From Sulfurimicrobium sp. (GTDB lineage Bacteria > Pseudomonadota > Gammaproteobacteria > Burkholderiales > Sulfuricellaceae), in contig JAUYFW010000015.1 of the NCBI GenBank assembly GCA_030690835.1, positions 1 to 62,137 on the forward strand: a stretch of DNA of 62,137 nt, read 5' to 3'. Every line of letters begins with the position of its first letter. Position 1 is the stretch's first letter. Below the pieces are notes generated by a model. It had not been told where the DNA came from and did no database searches. It saw only the letters and a list, made by a program, of their open reading frames with translations. This document shows, piece by piece, positions 8,931-18,043 of this stretch. The position numbers were made by a program, and so were the translations under genes.

Positions 8931-9779
8931 ATGCCCTCCCTGTTTCCGGTTGTTTTCAGAGTGCTGGCCCGTCTGCCGCTGCCGCTGCTGCACAACCTCG
9001 GCGCGCTCGCTGGCTGGCTGGCGTGGCTGCTGTCGGCCACCTACCGGCGCAACTTTTCCGCCCATATCGCGCAGGCCGGCATGACGGCGGCGAAGACGGC
9101 GGCGATTGCCGAGGCCGGCAAGGCGCTGCTGGAGTTGCCGAAGATCTGGCTGCGGCCGCAGGACGAGGTGATCGAGCGCGTGGTCAGGGTCTCCGGCTGG
9201 GAACTGGTTGAGGCGGCATGGTCGGCCGGGCCCGGCATCCTGTTCCTGACCCCGCATCTCGGCTGCTTCGAGATCGCCGCGCAGTACTACGCGGCACGCA
9301 AACCGATCACCGCGCTCTACCGGCGGCCCAAACAGGACTGGCTGGCGCCCCTGATCGAGGAAGGGCGCGGCGCAAATCTCAAGCTTGCCCCCGCCGACCT
9401 TTCCGGCGTGCGGCGCCTGCTGAAGGCGCTGAAGCAAGGCGAGGCCGTGGGCATATTGCCCGACCAGGTGCCCGGCCAGGGTGAAGGCGCCTGGCTGCCC
9501 TTCTTCGGCCGTCCCGCCTACACCATGACGCTGGCGGCGCGACTGGCAGAGACCGGGGCGACGGTGCTGCTGGCCTATGGCGAGCGCCTGCATTACGGCG
9601 CCGGCTACCATCTCAAGCTGTTTCCGCTGTCGGCCCCCCTTTCGGGCGATCTGATGCAGCGCGCGGCGCAACTCAATCGGGAACTGGAGACATTGATCCG
9701 ACTATGCCCCGAGCAGTATCTGTGGGGCTACAACCGCTACAAGGCGCCGGCGGGCGCGGAGCCGCCACCGAGTGTCTGA
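8931..9779 (+). CDS. Lipid A / lysophospholipid acyltransferase (LpxL/HtrB family)
   Basis: TPHLGCFE, LPDQVP, FFGRPA, PEQYLWGYNRYK. Confidence 0.9.
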   Translation: MPSLFPVVFRVLARLPLPLLHNLGALAGWLAWLLSATYRRNFSAHIAQAGMTAAKTAAIAEAGKALLELPKIWLRPQDEVIERVVRVSGWELVEAAWSAGPGILFLTPHLGCFEIAAQYYAARKPITALYRRPKQDWLAPLIEEGRGANLKLAPADLSGVRRLLKALKQGEAVGILPDQVPGQGEGAWLPFFGRPAYTMTLAARLAETGATVLLAYGERLHYGAGYHLKLFPLSAPLSGDLMQRAAQLNRELETLIRLCPEQYLWGYNRYKAPAGAEPPPSV

Positions 9780-9830
9780 GTTCGGCATGGGACAAGGCCT
9801 GGCGGCAGTTCATCGGTCCACGAATCGGCC

Positions 9831-9860
9831 TTGTCTACATGGTAACGATAATGTTACCAT
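9831..9860 (+). promoter_or_regulatory. TA promoter with palindromic operator
   Basis: TTGTCT-N18-TACCAT overlapped by the perfect inverted repeat ATGGTAAC-N6-GTTACCAT. Confidence 0.65.
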
Positions 9861-9869
9861 TCTGCCGCG

Positions 9870-10217
9870 ATGATCAAGGTTCGGGAATACCTCCGCGCGG
9901 ATGGCTCGAATCCATACAAGGCATGGTTCGACGGCTTGGACGCTCAAGCCGCGGCAAAGGTCGTGACGGCCAAACTCCGGTTGGAGCTTGGCAATACATC
10001 GAGCGTGAAATGGTTTGGCGGAATCGGCGAATACGTCATCGACTGGGGGCCTGGATATCGCATCTATCTGGCGCGAGACGGCGAAGCGCTCGTCATCCTG
10101 TTTGGCGGCGGCGCGAAACGCGGGCAGCAAAAGGATATCGACCAGGCCAAGGCCTTGCATGCCGAATACAAGGAACGGAAAAAGGCCTTGGCCGCAGTGA
10201 AGAAAGGCAACCGGTGA
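9870..10217 (+). CDS. Type II toxin, RelE/HigB-like addiction module killer protein
   Basis: GIGEYVIDWGPGYRIY...LVILFGGGAKRGQQKDI motif. Confidence 0.9.
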   Translation: MIKVREYLRADGSNPYKAWFDGLDAQAAAKVVTAKLRLELGNTSSVKWFGGIGEYVIDWGPGYRIYLARDGEALVILFGGGAKRGQQKDIDQAKALHAEYKERKKALAAVKKGNR

Positions 10218-10222
10218 TCAAT

Positions 10223-10546
10223 ATGGCATTGACTCGCAACTTCAAGCAAACCGTCATTGAACGTGTGGAACGCGATCCTCAATTCGCCAAGGCGCTTCTC
10301 GATGAAGCGGCGACGCTGTTCCTGAGCGGCGAGCCGGAAACAGCACGGCTCATTCTGCGCGATCTGGTTAACGCCACCATCGGCTTCGAACAACTTGCCG
10401 AGATGACCGAGAAGCCGAGCAAAAGCTTGCATCGCATGCTGTCACCGAGAGGAAATCCGAGCATGGACAACCTTGCCGCGATTTTCGGCGCCGTGCGCCA
10501 TTGGCTCAAGGTCGCCTTTGAAGTTCATACCATCGAAGCGGCATGA
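10223..10546 (+). CDS. HTH antitoxin (addiction module antidote)
   Basis: MALTRNFKQTV...KSLHRMLSPRGNPSMDNL; directly follows the toxin. Confidence 0.88.
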   Translation: MALTRNFKQTVIERVERDPQFAKALLDEAATLFLSGEPETARLILRDLVNATIGFEQLAEMTEKPSKSLHRMLSPRGNPSMDNLAAIFGAVRHWLKVAFEVHTIEAA

Positions 10547-10745
10547 TCCGAAAGAACAAACTGAACCAGATTCTGTCGATCAGAATGCCGGCGCTGAGCC
10601 CGGTTAACCCGACCCTGGTTAACCCGGAGCACAGCGAACCACTGTCACCCCCTTACCCGGGGCGAAGGCGGGGTTTCGTCGAGCAGTGCTCCGCGCCACC
10701 GCAGCCGGCCGTGGGGCGGGGGGAAGGCAAACCGGAAATCGCATC

Positions 10746-11627
10746 ATGACGAGGATTGTCCTGGTCATGATGTGGCTCCTGCACTGGCTGCCGCTACCGC
10801 TGCTCGCCGCACTAGGGCGCGGGCTCGGGCTCGCCCTCTACGTGCTGGTCCCCGAACGGCGGCACGTCACGCTGACCAATCTCGGCCTGTGCTTTCCGCA
10901 TTTGTCGGTGCCCGAACGGGCGGCGCTGGCGAAACGCCACTTCGCCGCTTTCGGTCGCAGCATTCTTGAGCTTGGCCTCTGGTGGTGGGCTTCGCCGGCA
11001 CGCATCCGGCGACTGGTGCGCCTCGACGGCGGCGAGAAACTGGCGGCATACAAGGACCGGCCGGTGATCCTGCTGGTGCCGCATTTTGTCGGCATCGACG
11101 CCGGCGCCATCCGTCTGATGCTGGAGCATGGCGTGGTGGCGATCTACACCCGCCAGAAGAACCGCGTGTTCGAAGCGGCGATGAACGGCGGCCGCCAGCG
11201 CTTCGGCAATTGCGAGCTGGCCTCGCGCCAGGAGGGCGCGCGCAAGGCCATCAGGGCAATGAAGGCCGGCCGCTTCTTCCATTACTCGCCGGACATGGAC
11301 TACGGCCCCAAGGAATCGGTCTTCGTGCCCTTCTTCGGCGTGCAGACCGCCACCATCACCGGCCTCGCCCGCCTCGCCAGGCTTACCGGAGCGACGGTGA
11401 TCCCTTTCGTCACCCGCATGGCAGGCCGGGGATGGCACACTCGCTATGTCGCTACCGTGGGCGAACCGTGGGCGGATTTCCCCGACGCTGGCGAGGTGGG
11501 CGACCTGGGCAACGCGCGACGCCTGAACGCCTTCATCGAGGCCGAGGTGCTGACGTCGCCCGAGCAGTACTACTGGCTGCACAAACGCTTCAAAACCCGT
11601 CCGCCGGGCGAAAAAGGGCTTTATTGA
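10746..11627 (+). CDS. Lipid A biosynthesis acyltransferase (LpxL family)
   Basis: [35 protein letters not shown]. Confidence 0.92.
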   Translation: MTRIVLVMMWLLHWLPLPLLAALGRGLGLALYVLVPERRHVTLTNLGLCFPHLSVPERAALAKRHFAAFGRSILELGLWWWASPARIRRLVRLDGGEKLAAYKDRPVILLVPHFVGIDAGAIRLMLEHGVVAIYTRQKNRVFEAAMNGGRQRFGNCELASRQEGARKAIRAMKAGRFFHYSPDMDYGPKESVFVPFFGVQTATITGLARLARLTGATVIPFVTRMAGRGWHTRYVATVGEPWADFPDAGEVGDLGNARRLNAFIEAEVLTSPEQYYWLHKRFKTRPPGEKGLY

Positions 11628-11690
11628 CCCCTCAATTGCGGAAAGCCCCGGCTTCCGGTACGGCGTATGCTCGCCCGATGCACACTGCTT

Positions 11691-11799
11691 ATCCCCCCAA
11701 CCCCCTTTTCCAAGAAAAGGGGGTGATTGCGGTTCGCAGGCAAAGCCTGCTCCGTTTCCGTGGACGGCCGCGTCCTTGGGGCGGCCCGGCAGACGCGGC
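11691..11799 (+). repeat. Family A short structured repeat (~105 bp)
   Basis: ATCCCCC(C)A-CCCCTT...AAGGGGGTGA...CCTTGGGGCGGCCCGG; related copies at 12697-12807 and 31398-31500. Confidence 0.8.
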
Positions 11800-12675
11800 A
11801 TGAAAATCCGCTTCACCAAAATGCATGGCCTCGGCAATGATTTCGTCGTGCTCGACGCCATCCACCAGAACTTCGTGCCGACGCCGGCCCAGGCGCGCTT
11901 TCTCGCCGACCGCCACTTCGGCATCGGCTGCGACCAGATTCTCGTCGTCGAGCGCGCCAGCACGCCCGGCGTCGATTTCCGCTACCGCATCTTCAACGCC
12001 GATGGCGGCGAGGTGGAACAATGCGGCAACGGCGCGCGCTGCTTCGTGCGCTTCGTGCATGAACAGGGCTTGACGGACAAACGCGAAATCCGTGTCGAGA
12101 CGCAGTCCGGCCTGATCACGTTGCGCCTGGAGGCCGACGGCCAGGTCACGGTGAACATGGGCGCGCCGCGCTTCCTGGCGGCCGAGATTCCCTTCGACAG
12201 CAAGACGGATGCGGTGGTGCAGGCGCTCAGCGTGGCTGATGCGCAAATCGACATCAGCGTGGTCTCGATGGGCAATCCGCATGCCGTGCAGGTGGTGGCC
12301 GACGTCGATGCCGCACCCGTGGCGCGACTCGGCCCGCTGATCGAATCCCACCCGCGCTTCCCGCGTCGGGTCAATGCCGGTTTCATGCAGATCGTCGACC
12401 GCCACGCCATCCGCCTGCGGGTCCATGAACGCGGCGCCGGCGAGACCCTGGCCTGCGGCACCGGCGCCTGCGCCGCCGTGGTGGCCGGCATCCGTCGCGG
12501 CCTGCTGGATTCGCCGGTGCGCGTCACCACGCGCGGCGGCGACTTGTCCATCGCCTGGGGCGGCGCAGCAGGCAACGCGGGCAACATGGCCGAAACCCGC
12601 CAGCCGGTCATGATGACCGGCCCGGCAAGCACCGTATTCAGCGCAGAAATCCAACTACCGAACAACCTGACATGA
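11800..12675 (+). CDS. dapF: Diaminopimelate epimerase
   Basis: [31 protein letters not shown]. Confidence 0.98.
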   Translation: MKIRFTKMHGLGNDFVVLDAIHQNFVPTPAQARFLADRHFGIGCDQILVVERASTPGVDFRYRIFNADGGEVEQCGNGARCFVRFVHEQGLTDKREIRVETQSGLITLRLEADGQVTVNMGAPRFLAAEIPFDSKTDAVVQALSVADAQIDISVVSMGNPHAVQVVADVDAAPVARLGPLIESHPRFPRRVNAGFMQIVDRHAIRLRVHERGAGETLACGTGACAAVVAGIRRGLLDSPVRVTTRGGDLSIAWGGAAGNAGNMAETRQPVMMTGPASTVFSAEIQLPNNLT

Positions 12676-12696
12676 AAGATGAATCTATGAGCGCCT

Positions 12697-12807
12697 ATCC
12701 CCCAGCCCCTTTCCCGAGGAAAGGGGTGACGCTGGTTCAGCCGCGAGAGACTCGCGGCTTCCATATTCGCTGTATCTACGCCTCCTTGGGGCGGCCCGAT
12801 GGAGGCG
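12697..12807 (+). repeat. Family A short structured repeat
   Basis: ATCCCCCAGCCCCTTTCC...GGAAAGGGGTGA...CCTTGGGGCGGCCCG. Confidence 0.8.
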
Positions 12808-12811
12808 CGAC

Positions 12812-13462
12812 ATGAAATCGGAAGACGTCGCCCGCTATCTCCACGATCACCCGGAATTCTTCGACCAGTATGCCGACATGCTGGCCCTGGTGACCCTGCC
12901 CGATCCGCACAGCGGGCGGGCCATCTCGATCACCGAAAAGCAGCTGTTCAACCTGCGCGACAAGGTGCGCACGCTCGAATCCAAACTGGTCGAACTGATC
13001 GCTTTCGGCGAGGAGAACGACGCCATTTCGGGCAAGGTACATGGGCTTGCCGTGGCGCTGATTTCGGCCAACGATCAGGCGGCGGTGGTACGCGCCCTGT
13101 ATTCGCATCTGGGCGGCGCTTTTGCCGTGCCGCATGTCACCGTGCGTCTGTGGGGAGCCGGGCAAGGTGACGGTCACGAATTCGAGAACGTCGCCGATGC
13201 CGTCAAGGCCTTCGCTTCCGGCCTGCAACGGCCTTACTGCGGCACGGTGACCGGGCAGGAATCGGCAGCCTGGTTCGGCGAAGCCGCAACGCATTTGCGC
13301 TCGATGACGCAAGTGCCGCTGCGCGAATCCGGCGGCGTCTGCTTCGGCCTGCTGGCGATGGCCAGCGAAGAGCCGCATCGCTTCTACCCGGAGCTCGGCA
13401 CCCTGTATCTGGAACGGATCGGCGAGATGGCTGCGGCAGCCCTGCTGCGGGTCGCCGCCTGA
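12812..13462 (+). CDS. DUF484 (YigA-like) protein
   Basis: VARYLHDHPEFF start, GTLYLERIGE end; canonical dapF-DUF484-xerC order. Confidence 0.92.
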   Translation: MKSEDVARYLHDHPEFFDQYADMLALVTLPDPHSGRAISITEKQLFNLRDKVRTLESKLVELIAFGEENDAISGKVHGLAVALISANDQAAVVRALYSHLGGAFAVPHVTVRLWGAGQGDGHEFENVADAVKAFASGLQRPYCGTVTGQESAAWFGEAATHLRSMTQVPLRESGGVCFGLLAMASEEPHRFYPELGTLYLERIGEMAAAALLRVAA

Positions 13463-13466
13463 CGCC

Positions 13467-14360
13467 ATGGACAGTTCGGTCGAGAACTTTCTCACCGAGC
13501 TGGCAATCCAGCGGCGCGCCAGCCCGCACACGCTCGATGCCTACCGCCGCGATCTGGCGCGCCTGACGGCGCTGGCGGCCGGCGTCGAACTGGCAGCGCT
13601 GAAGACGGCACAACTGCGGCGCGGCCTGATGGCTTTGCACGCCCGGCAGCTCGCGCCGCGCTCGATTGCACGCACGCTCTCGGCCTGGCGCAGCTATTAC
13701 GCCTGGCTGGCAAGGCGCGGCGCAATCGCGCTGAATCCCGCTGACGGTCTGCGCGCGCCCAAGCGCGCGCGCGCCCTGCCCAAGGCGCTGGGCATCGATC
13801 AGGCGGCCGCCTTGCTCGACCGGCCGGCGGCCAATTTGCCGGATGAGCCGCTGCAGGTGCGCGACGCGGCCATGTTCGAACTGTTCTATTCCTCCGGCCT
13901 GCGCCTGTCCGAACTGGTGAGCCTCGACTGGCCCGGCGGGCTGGATCTGGCGGCGGGCGAAGTCACCGTCACCGGCAAGCGGCAGAAGACCCGCCAGGTG
14001 CCGGTCGGCGACCAGGCGCGCGCCGCACTGGAGGCCTGGCTGGCGCTGCGCCCGCAATTCAAGCACAAGGCTCAGCCGGCGCTGTTCCTCGGCCGCAACG
14101 GCACCCGGCTGACACCCCGGCAGGTGGAAAGCCGCCTCGCACAGTGGGCGCAACGACAGGGCGTGGGCGTGCATGTGCATCCCCACATGCTGCGCCACTC
14201 GTTTGCCTCGCACGTGCTGCAATCCTCCGGCGACCTGCGCGCGGTACAGGAAATGCTCGGCCACGCCAGCATCGCCGCGACGCAGATTTACACGCATCTC
14301 GACTTCCAGCATCTGGCGAAGATCTACGACGCGGCGCATCCGCGCGCCAAGAGTAAATAG
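13467..14360 (+). CDS. xerC: Tyrosine recombinase XerC
   Basis: ELFYSSGLRLSEL, HPHMLRHSFASH, LGHASIAATQIYTHLDF; synteny with dapF. Confidence 0.95.
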   Translation: MDSSVENFLTELAIQRRASPHTLDAYRRDLARLTALAAGVELAALKTAQLRRGLMALHARQLAPRSIARTLSAWRSYYAWLARRGAIALNPADGLRAPKRARALPKALGIDQAAALLDRPAANLPDEPLQVRDAAMFELFYSSGLRLSELVSLDWPGGLDLAAGEVTVTGKRQKTRQVPVGDQARAALEAWLALRPQFKHKAQPALFLGRNGTRLTPRQVESRLAQWAQRQGVGVHVHPHMLRHSFASHVLQSSGDLRAVQEMLGHASIAATQIYTHLDFQHLAKIYDAAHPRAKSK

Positions 14361-14612
14361 GCAGTTGGTCGAGAGCCAATGTGAAGGCGTGGATTCCAAA
14401 TCTGGGTGGAAAGGACTTTGTAGCGGCCAGCAAACATTTCGGCCCGATGAAAGCTGCTGGCGTTTCCTTTTACGATACTGCGGCCACTCTCCCGATAATC
14501 GCCAAGCGTGTCGTGGCCCAAGAATACGATGGTGCAGACGACCCCGATCTTGAGTTGGCGTACTTGCTTGGTGATGTTTCAGGATAGTTAGCCGCCGATG
14601 CCGTGGGCACCC

Positions 14613-14906
14613 TCAGGCAGGCGGGGCCTCGATGGCCTTTAGCGCAACAAGCTTGGTTTCGTAGCCATCCCGATCCAGCGGGCAATCGATCAGCCGGTCG
14701 AAGTCGGCACGGGAGAGCTTGCACTGCTTCGCCATGCGGCCCAAGAGATGATCGTCAATTTCACGCGCACCGTGGCTGGTCTTGGTGAACACAGCAGTCT
14801 TTCTGCCGACGGTGGAGTAGTAATGAAAGTAGCTGTGATCGCCTTCCTTGTGCTGGAAGCCTTTGCTGGTCAGGCTTCTCTCGACATCACTCTGCTTACG
14901 CGGCAT
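14613..14906 (-). CDS. HicA-like toxin
   Basis: 97 aa: L..KGF..EGDH..F...T..SHG.REI...LL..MAKQC.L pattern of HicA-type mRNases; start MPRKQ overlaps the upstream stop. Confidence 0.7.
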   Translation of the reverse strand: MPRKQSDVERSLTSKGFQHKEGDHSYFHYYSTVGRKTAVFTKTSHGAREIDDHLLGRMAKQCKLSRADFDRLIDCPLDRDGYETKLVALKAIEAPPA

Positions 14907-15966
14907 CGCGCACCTCGCTGAAGACGGCGAGCAGCGCCTGCTTGAGTTGGCGGGCCACACTGTCCAGCATGTCATCCTCGGTCAGAGCATATTCGGTCCA
15001 CAGCATGGCGATTTGCTCATTCAATTCCGCGAGTAGCGCCTCGCGGGTTGGGGCGAAAACGTCGAGCGCCAGCCCGACATGCTCGATGCAAAGAAGCTGT
15101 TTGGTGTCATCCAGGGTGGGTTCGAGGCTGAGGGCGGGCACGGCTTTGAGGGTCAGCCGATCATGCTGAATGGTATGAATATCCAGCAAGGACAGGTCAA
15201 GATCGCGGATATCGGTTACATCGATGATCTGCTTGGGGGCGCCTTGGTCGTCCAGCAGCACCCGGCCGGTGATCTGGATCAGATCGCGCCGTCTTTCATA
15301 GAGCAGGTCTTCGACGGCTTCCTCGTAGAAGCACGCCAGTTCCTTGCTGGTCGGCGGATAAATGATGGTGACCCTGCGCTCGGCGAAGTCGATGCTCTTG
15401 AGTTCGCCGGTGACGACGCGCGCCGCCTCGCGCTGCGCCACCGGAACCAGTGTTTCATCCACGAAGGGGATGGTCTGCACGTCGAAGGTAGCGAAAGAAG
15501 CGTCGTGGTCGTCATGCAGGTTCAACTTCCATCGGGCGCCGGCACGGGGCGCCATGCCCTTGACGGCCTCCAGCACGCCGCGGCGGATGCGTTCATTGGG
15601 TAGCACGGATGCCATCCCTGCGCTGCTCCGTGCCGAGACAGATTCCATGACGCCACGGAAGATGCCGAATGCCCGGTTCGCCAAGTCCGCAGAAAAAAGC
15701 TCACCGATACCGCCGATGGTGACGGGCATCGCATAGCTGCCAGGCTGGGGTAGTTGGCAGACAAGCTGAAAACGCTTGCTGGTAGCGGCGGCGATGCGCG
15801 CCCGCGAGCGGATTTCACGCCCTTCGACATGCACGCCGATCAGTTCAAAGGCGTGCTGGGCATTGTCCAGAATCTGAACGAGCACGACCGCAGGGACTGT
15901 ATGTTCGCCTTGCTCGTCGTCCTCGAAGTGGAAACTGAAGGAGGGGGGAAGCTGATTATTTGGCAT
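14896..15966 (-). CDS. Hypothetical 356-aa protein with HicB-like C-terminal segment; probable partner of the HicA-like toxin
   Basis: C-terminal LCIEHVGLALDVFAPTREALLAELNEQIAMLW resembles the HicB fold; 11-bp overlap with the next ORF. Confidence 0.65.
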   Translation of the reverse strand: MPNNQLPPSFSFHFEDDEQGEHTVPAVVLVQILDNAQHAFELIGVHVEGREIRSRARIAAATSKRFQLVCQLPQPGSYAMPVTIGGIGELFSADLANRAFGIFRGVMESVSARSSAGMASVLPNERIRRGVLEAVKGMAPRAGARWKLNLHDDHDASFATFDVQTIPFVDETLVPVAQREAARVVTGELKSIDFAERRVTIIYPPTSKELACFYEEAVEDLLYERRRDLIQITGRVLLDDQGAPKQIIDVTDIRDLDLSLLDIHTIQHDRLTLKAVPALSLEPTLDDTKQLLCIEHVGLALDVFAPTREALLAELNEQIAMLWTEYALTEDDMLDSVARQLKQALLAVFSEVRDAA

Positions 15967-16119
15967 CGCCGAGCATTTTCGCCGAATAAGCCGCCCGATT
16001 CAATCTGTATCGCCGTTCCGCCATCCGCAGCGGCGAGGATCCGCAGCGGCGAGGAGAGCGCACTTTGCTCGACCGCCCCGCTGCGCAGGGGCTTCATCAG
16101 CGCCGACTGTTGCCGGCAA

Positions 16120-16758
16120 TCATCCGCGGCCAAGCGCTGCAGCCTGCGGCAGGAGTTCTGATGCCAGCGCCGCGCGATAGACCCGCAGGGCGACCTGCGC
16201 ATCATTGGCGGCGTAGAGAATCTGCCGCTCCGTCAGCCGTGGATTGGCCCAGTTGGAGGTGGTCGTCCTTTTGGATTTCTGCAGGCGCCTGCCGAAGAAC
16301 TGCGCCACGGCGGTCTTGGCGCCGAGCGTGTGGTTTCGCTTCTCGCTGCGCAGCGCACGGGACAGATCCAGGATGTGTTGCGCCTCTATTTGCAGGCGCG
16401 ATCGCAGTTGCGCCAGATCGCTGTCGAGCCCGAAGCCCACCTTGAGAATCCGCGGTGACTCGAGGATGGTCTTCAGGCCATGCGCCTCCGGCAGGCGTCC
16501 GACCGGAAACAGGTAGACCCGGGTGGCGGTTGCCAACTGGATCAGATGCGGCCCGCTGGAAATTTCGCCCTTGGCGAAAGTCGGCTTCGCCTCCGTATCG
16601 AAGCCGAGGACATCTTCCGCCAGCAGGGCGTGCCGGGCCTCGGCCGCCGCTTCCGGCGAGGTGACCAGCACCACGTCGGCGATGGCCACCCCTTCATAGA
16701 GCGGCAGTTCCGGGTCGGGCGCAATGTCCGGGATTGTGTTCAAGCTGGGGTCTGTCAT
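16120..16758 (-). CDS. 3'-5' exonuclease domain protein (DEDDy, RNase D/WRN-like)
   Basis: GFDTE, IQLA, KVGFG, SNW, YAANDA motifs. Confidence 0.92.
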   Translation of the reverse strand: MTDPSLNTIPDIAPDPELPLYEGVAIADVVLVTSPEAAAEARHALLAEDVLGFDTEAKPTFAKGEISSGPHLIQLATATRVYLFPVGRLPEAHGLKTILESPRILKVGFGLDSDLAQLRSRLQIEAQHILDLSRALRSEKRNHTLGAKTAVAQFFGRRLQKSKRTTTSNWANPRLTERQILYAANDAQVALRVYRAALASELLPQAAALGRG

Positions 16759-16865
16759 CTGGGAATCCGGTGGTGCCGGGCACGCGCCGGCTTGTTGTTG
16801 GTTTATTGGGGCATTATCGCAAGTCGGTTTACAATCTGCCTACTTTACTGATCGAGTCCGCCCGC

Positions 16866-17090
16866 ATGGCCGAAACCGCATTCTGCTATCACTGCCGTCA
16901 GCATCACCCGAAAACGGAGATGCGCCAGATCGAAACCAAGGCCGGCAAGCGCTGGCGCTGCATCCGCAGCATCGAGGCCACCCGTCAGGGGCAGGCCGCG
17001 CGGGAAGCTTACGGCCGCCAGGTCTCCGAGATGAACAAGTCCGAGGCGCAAAGCCGGGCGCGCCTCGCCAAGCCGATCGTTGTCGTCTGA
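16866..17090 (+). CDS. Small hypothetical protein with CxxC-H motif
   Basis: MAETAFCYHCRQHHP...RWRC; GC-rich third codon positions; upstream TACAAT. Confidence 0.7.
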   Translation: MAETAFCYHCRQHHPKTEMRQIETKAGKRWRCIRSIEATRQGQAAREAYGRQVSEMNKSEAQSRARLAKPIVVV

Positions 17091-17102
17091 CGGCAGCCCG
17101 GC

Positions 17103-17681
17103 ATGCTGCGCGGGCTTGCCGTCCTCCTGCTTGCGGCACTTGCGGCATGTGCGCCGCTACCTTCGGGTCAGGGGCGAGGGGCGCTGTGGCAGCCTTCGCC
17201 GAACTTCGACCAGCGCCGCCCCAATTTCGTCATCCTGCACCAGACCACCAACGACAACGCGGCGACAGCCCTGGCGACCTTGACCGACCCGCAGCGCCAG
17301 GTCGGCGCCCATTACCTGATCGGGCGCGACGGCGCGGTCATGCAGCTGGTCGATGAAGCCGCACGTGCCTGGCATGCCGGTGAATCCTGGTGGGGCGGAA
17401 ATACCGACCTCAACTCGGCTTCCATCGGCATCGAACTCGACAACACCGGCGACGAAGCCTTTGCCGAAGCGCAGATCGTCGCCCTGCTGACATTGCTTGA
17501 CGAACTGCGCACCCGCTATCGCATTCCGGCGCCAAACTTTCTGGCACATGGCGATATCGCCCCGGCGCGCAAGGTCGATCCGAGCCGCCACTTCGCTGCC
17601 AGTGACGTCGATGCCGAACTGGCGCCCGGCGAGCAGGCCCTGCTCCATTGCCTGCTGCAGAAGAAGGTAGCGCGAGAATGA
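17103..17681 (+). CDS. N-acetylmuramoyl-L-alanine amidase (Amidase_2 lipoprotein), apparently internally deleted
   Basis: Lipobox LAAC, VILHQT, GAHYLI, RAWHAG, SIGIE, HGDIAPARKVDP. Confidence 0.85.
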   Translation: MLRGLAVLLLAALAACAPLPSGQGRGALWQPSPNFDQRRPNFVILHQTTNDNAATALATLTDPQRQVGAHYLIGRDGAVMQLVDEAARAWHAGESWWGGNTDLNSASIGIELDNTGDEAFAEAQIVALLTLLDELRTRYRIPAPNFLAHGDIAPARKVDPSRHFAASDVDAELAPGEQALLHCLLQKKVARE

Positions 17682-18043
17682 GATCACGCTACGCAGATGT
17701 CCCCGCTTACATCACCAGGGACGGTTCCGAGATCCGCGAACTGATGCATCCCACAGTGCACGGAAATTGCCGGCAAAGCCTGGCCGAGGCCACCGTTCAG
17801 CCCGGCGCCCGGACGCATCTGCATCGCCATGCAGTTACCGAGGAGCTGTATCACGTCAGCGTCGGCAGCGGCATCATGACGCTGGGCGACGAGTGTTTTC
17901 CGGTCGCGGTCGGCGACACGGTGCTGATCGCCCCCGGCACGCCGCACCGGATCGAAGCCACCGGCGCCGAGCCCCTGCGCATCCTCTGTTGCTGCAGCCC
18001 GCCCTACTCGCACGAGGACACCGAACTGCTGGAGGGCGATTGA
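17678..18043 (+). CDS. Cupin domain protein
   Basis: HRHAVTEELYHV...GDTVLIAPGTPH. Confidence 0.88.
   Translation: MRSRYADVPAYITRDGSEIRELMHPTVHGNCRQSLAEATVQPGARTHLHRHAVTEELYHVSVGSGIMTLGDECFPVAVGDTVLIAPGTPHRIEATGAEPLRILCCCSPPYSHEDTELLEGD

Noticed and set aside
9704-10222. N-terminal extension of the 280-aa antitoxin ORF
   Set aside because: Overlaps the toxin gene; the antitoxin-like sequence starts at ATG 10223
13467-14360. XerC as an integron integrase or island integrase
   Set aside because: Canonical dapF-DUF484-xerC synteny, no IntI-specific insertion, and no attC array seen
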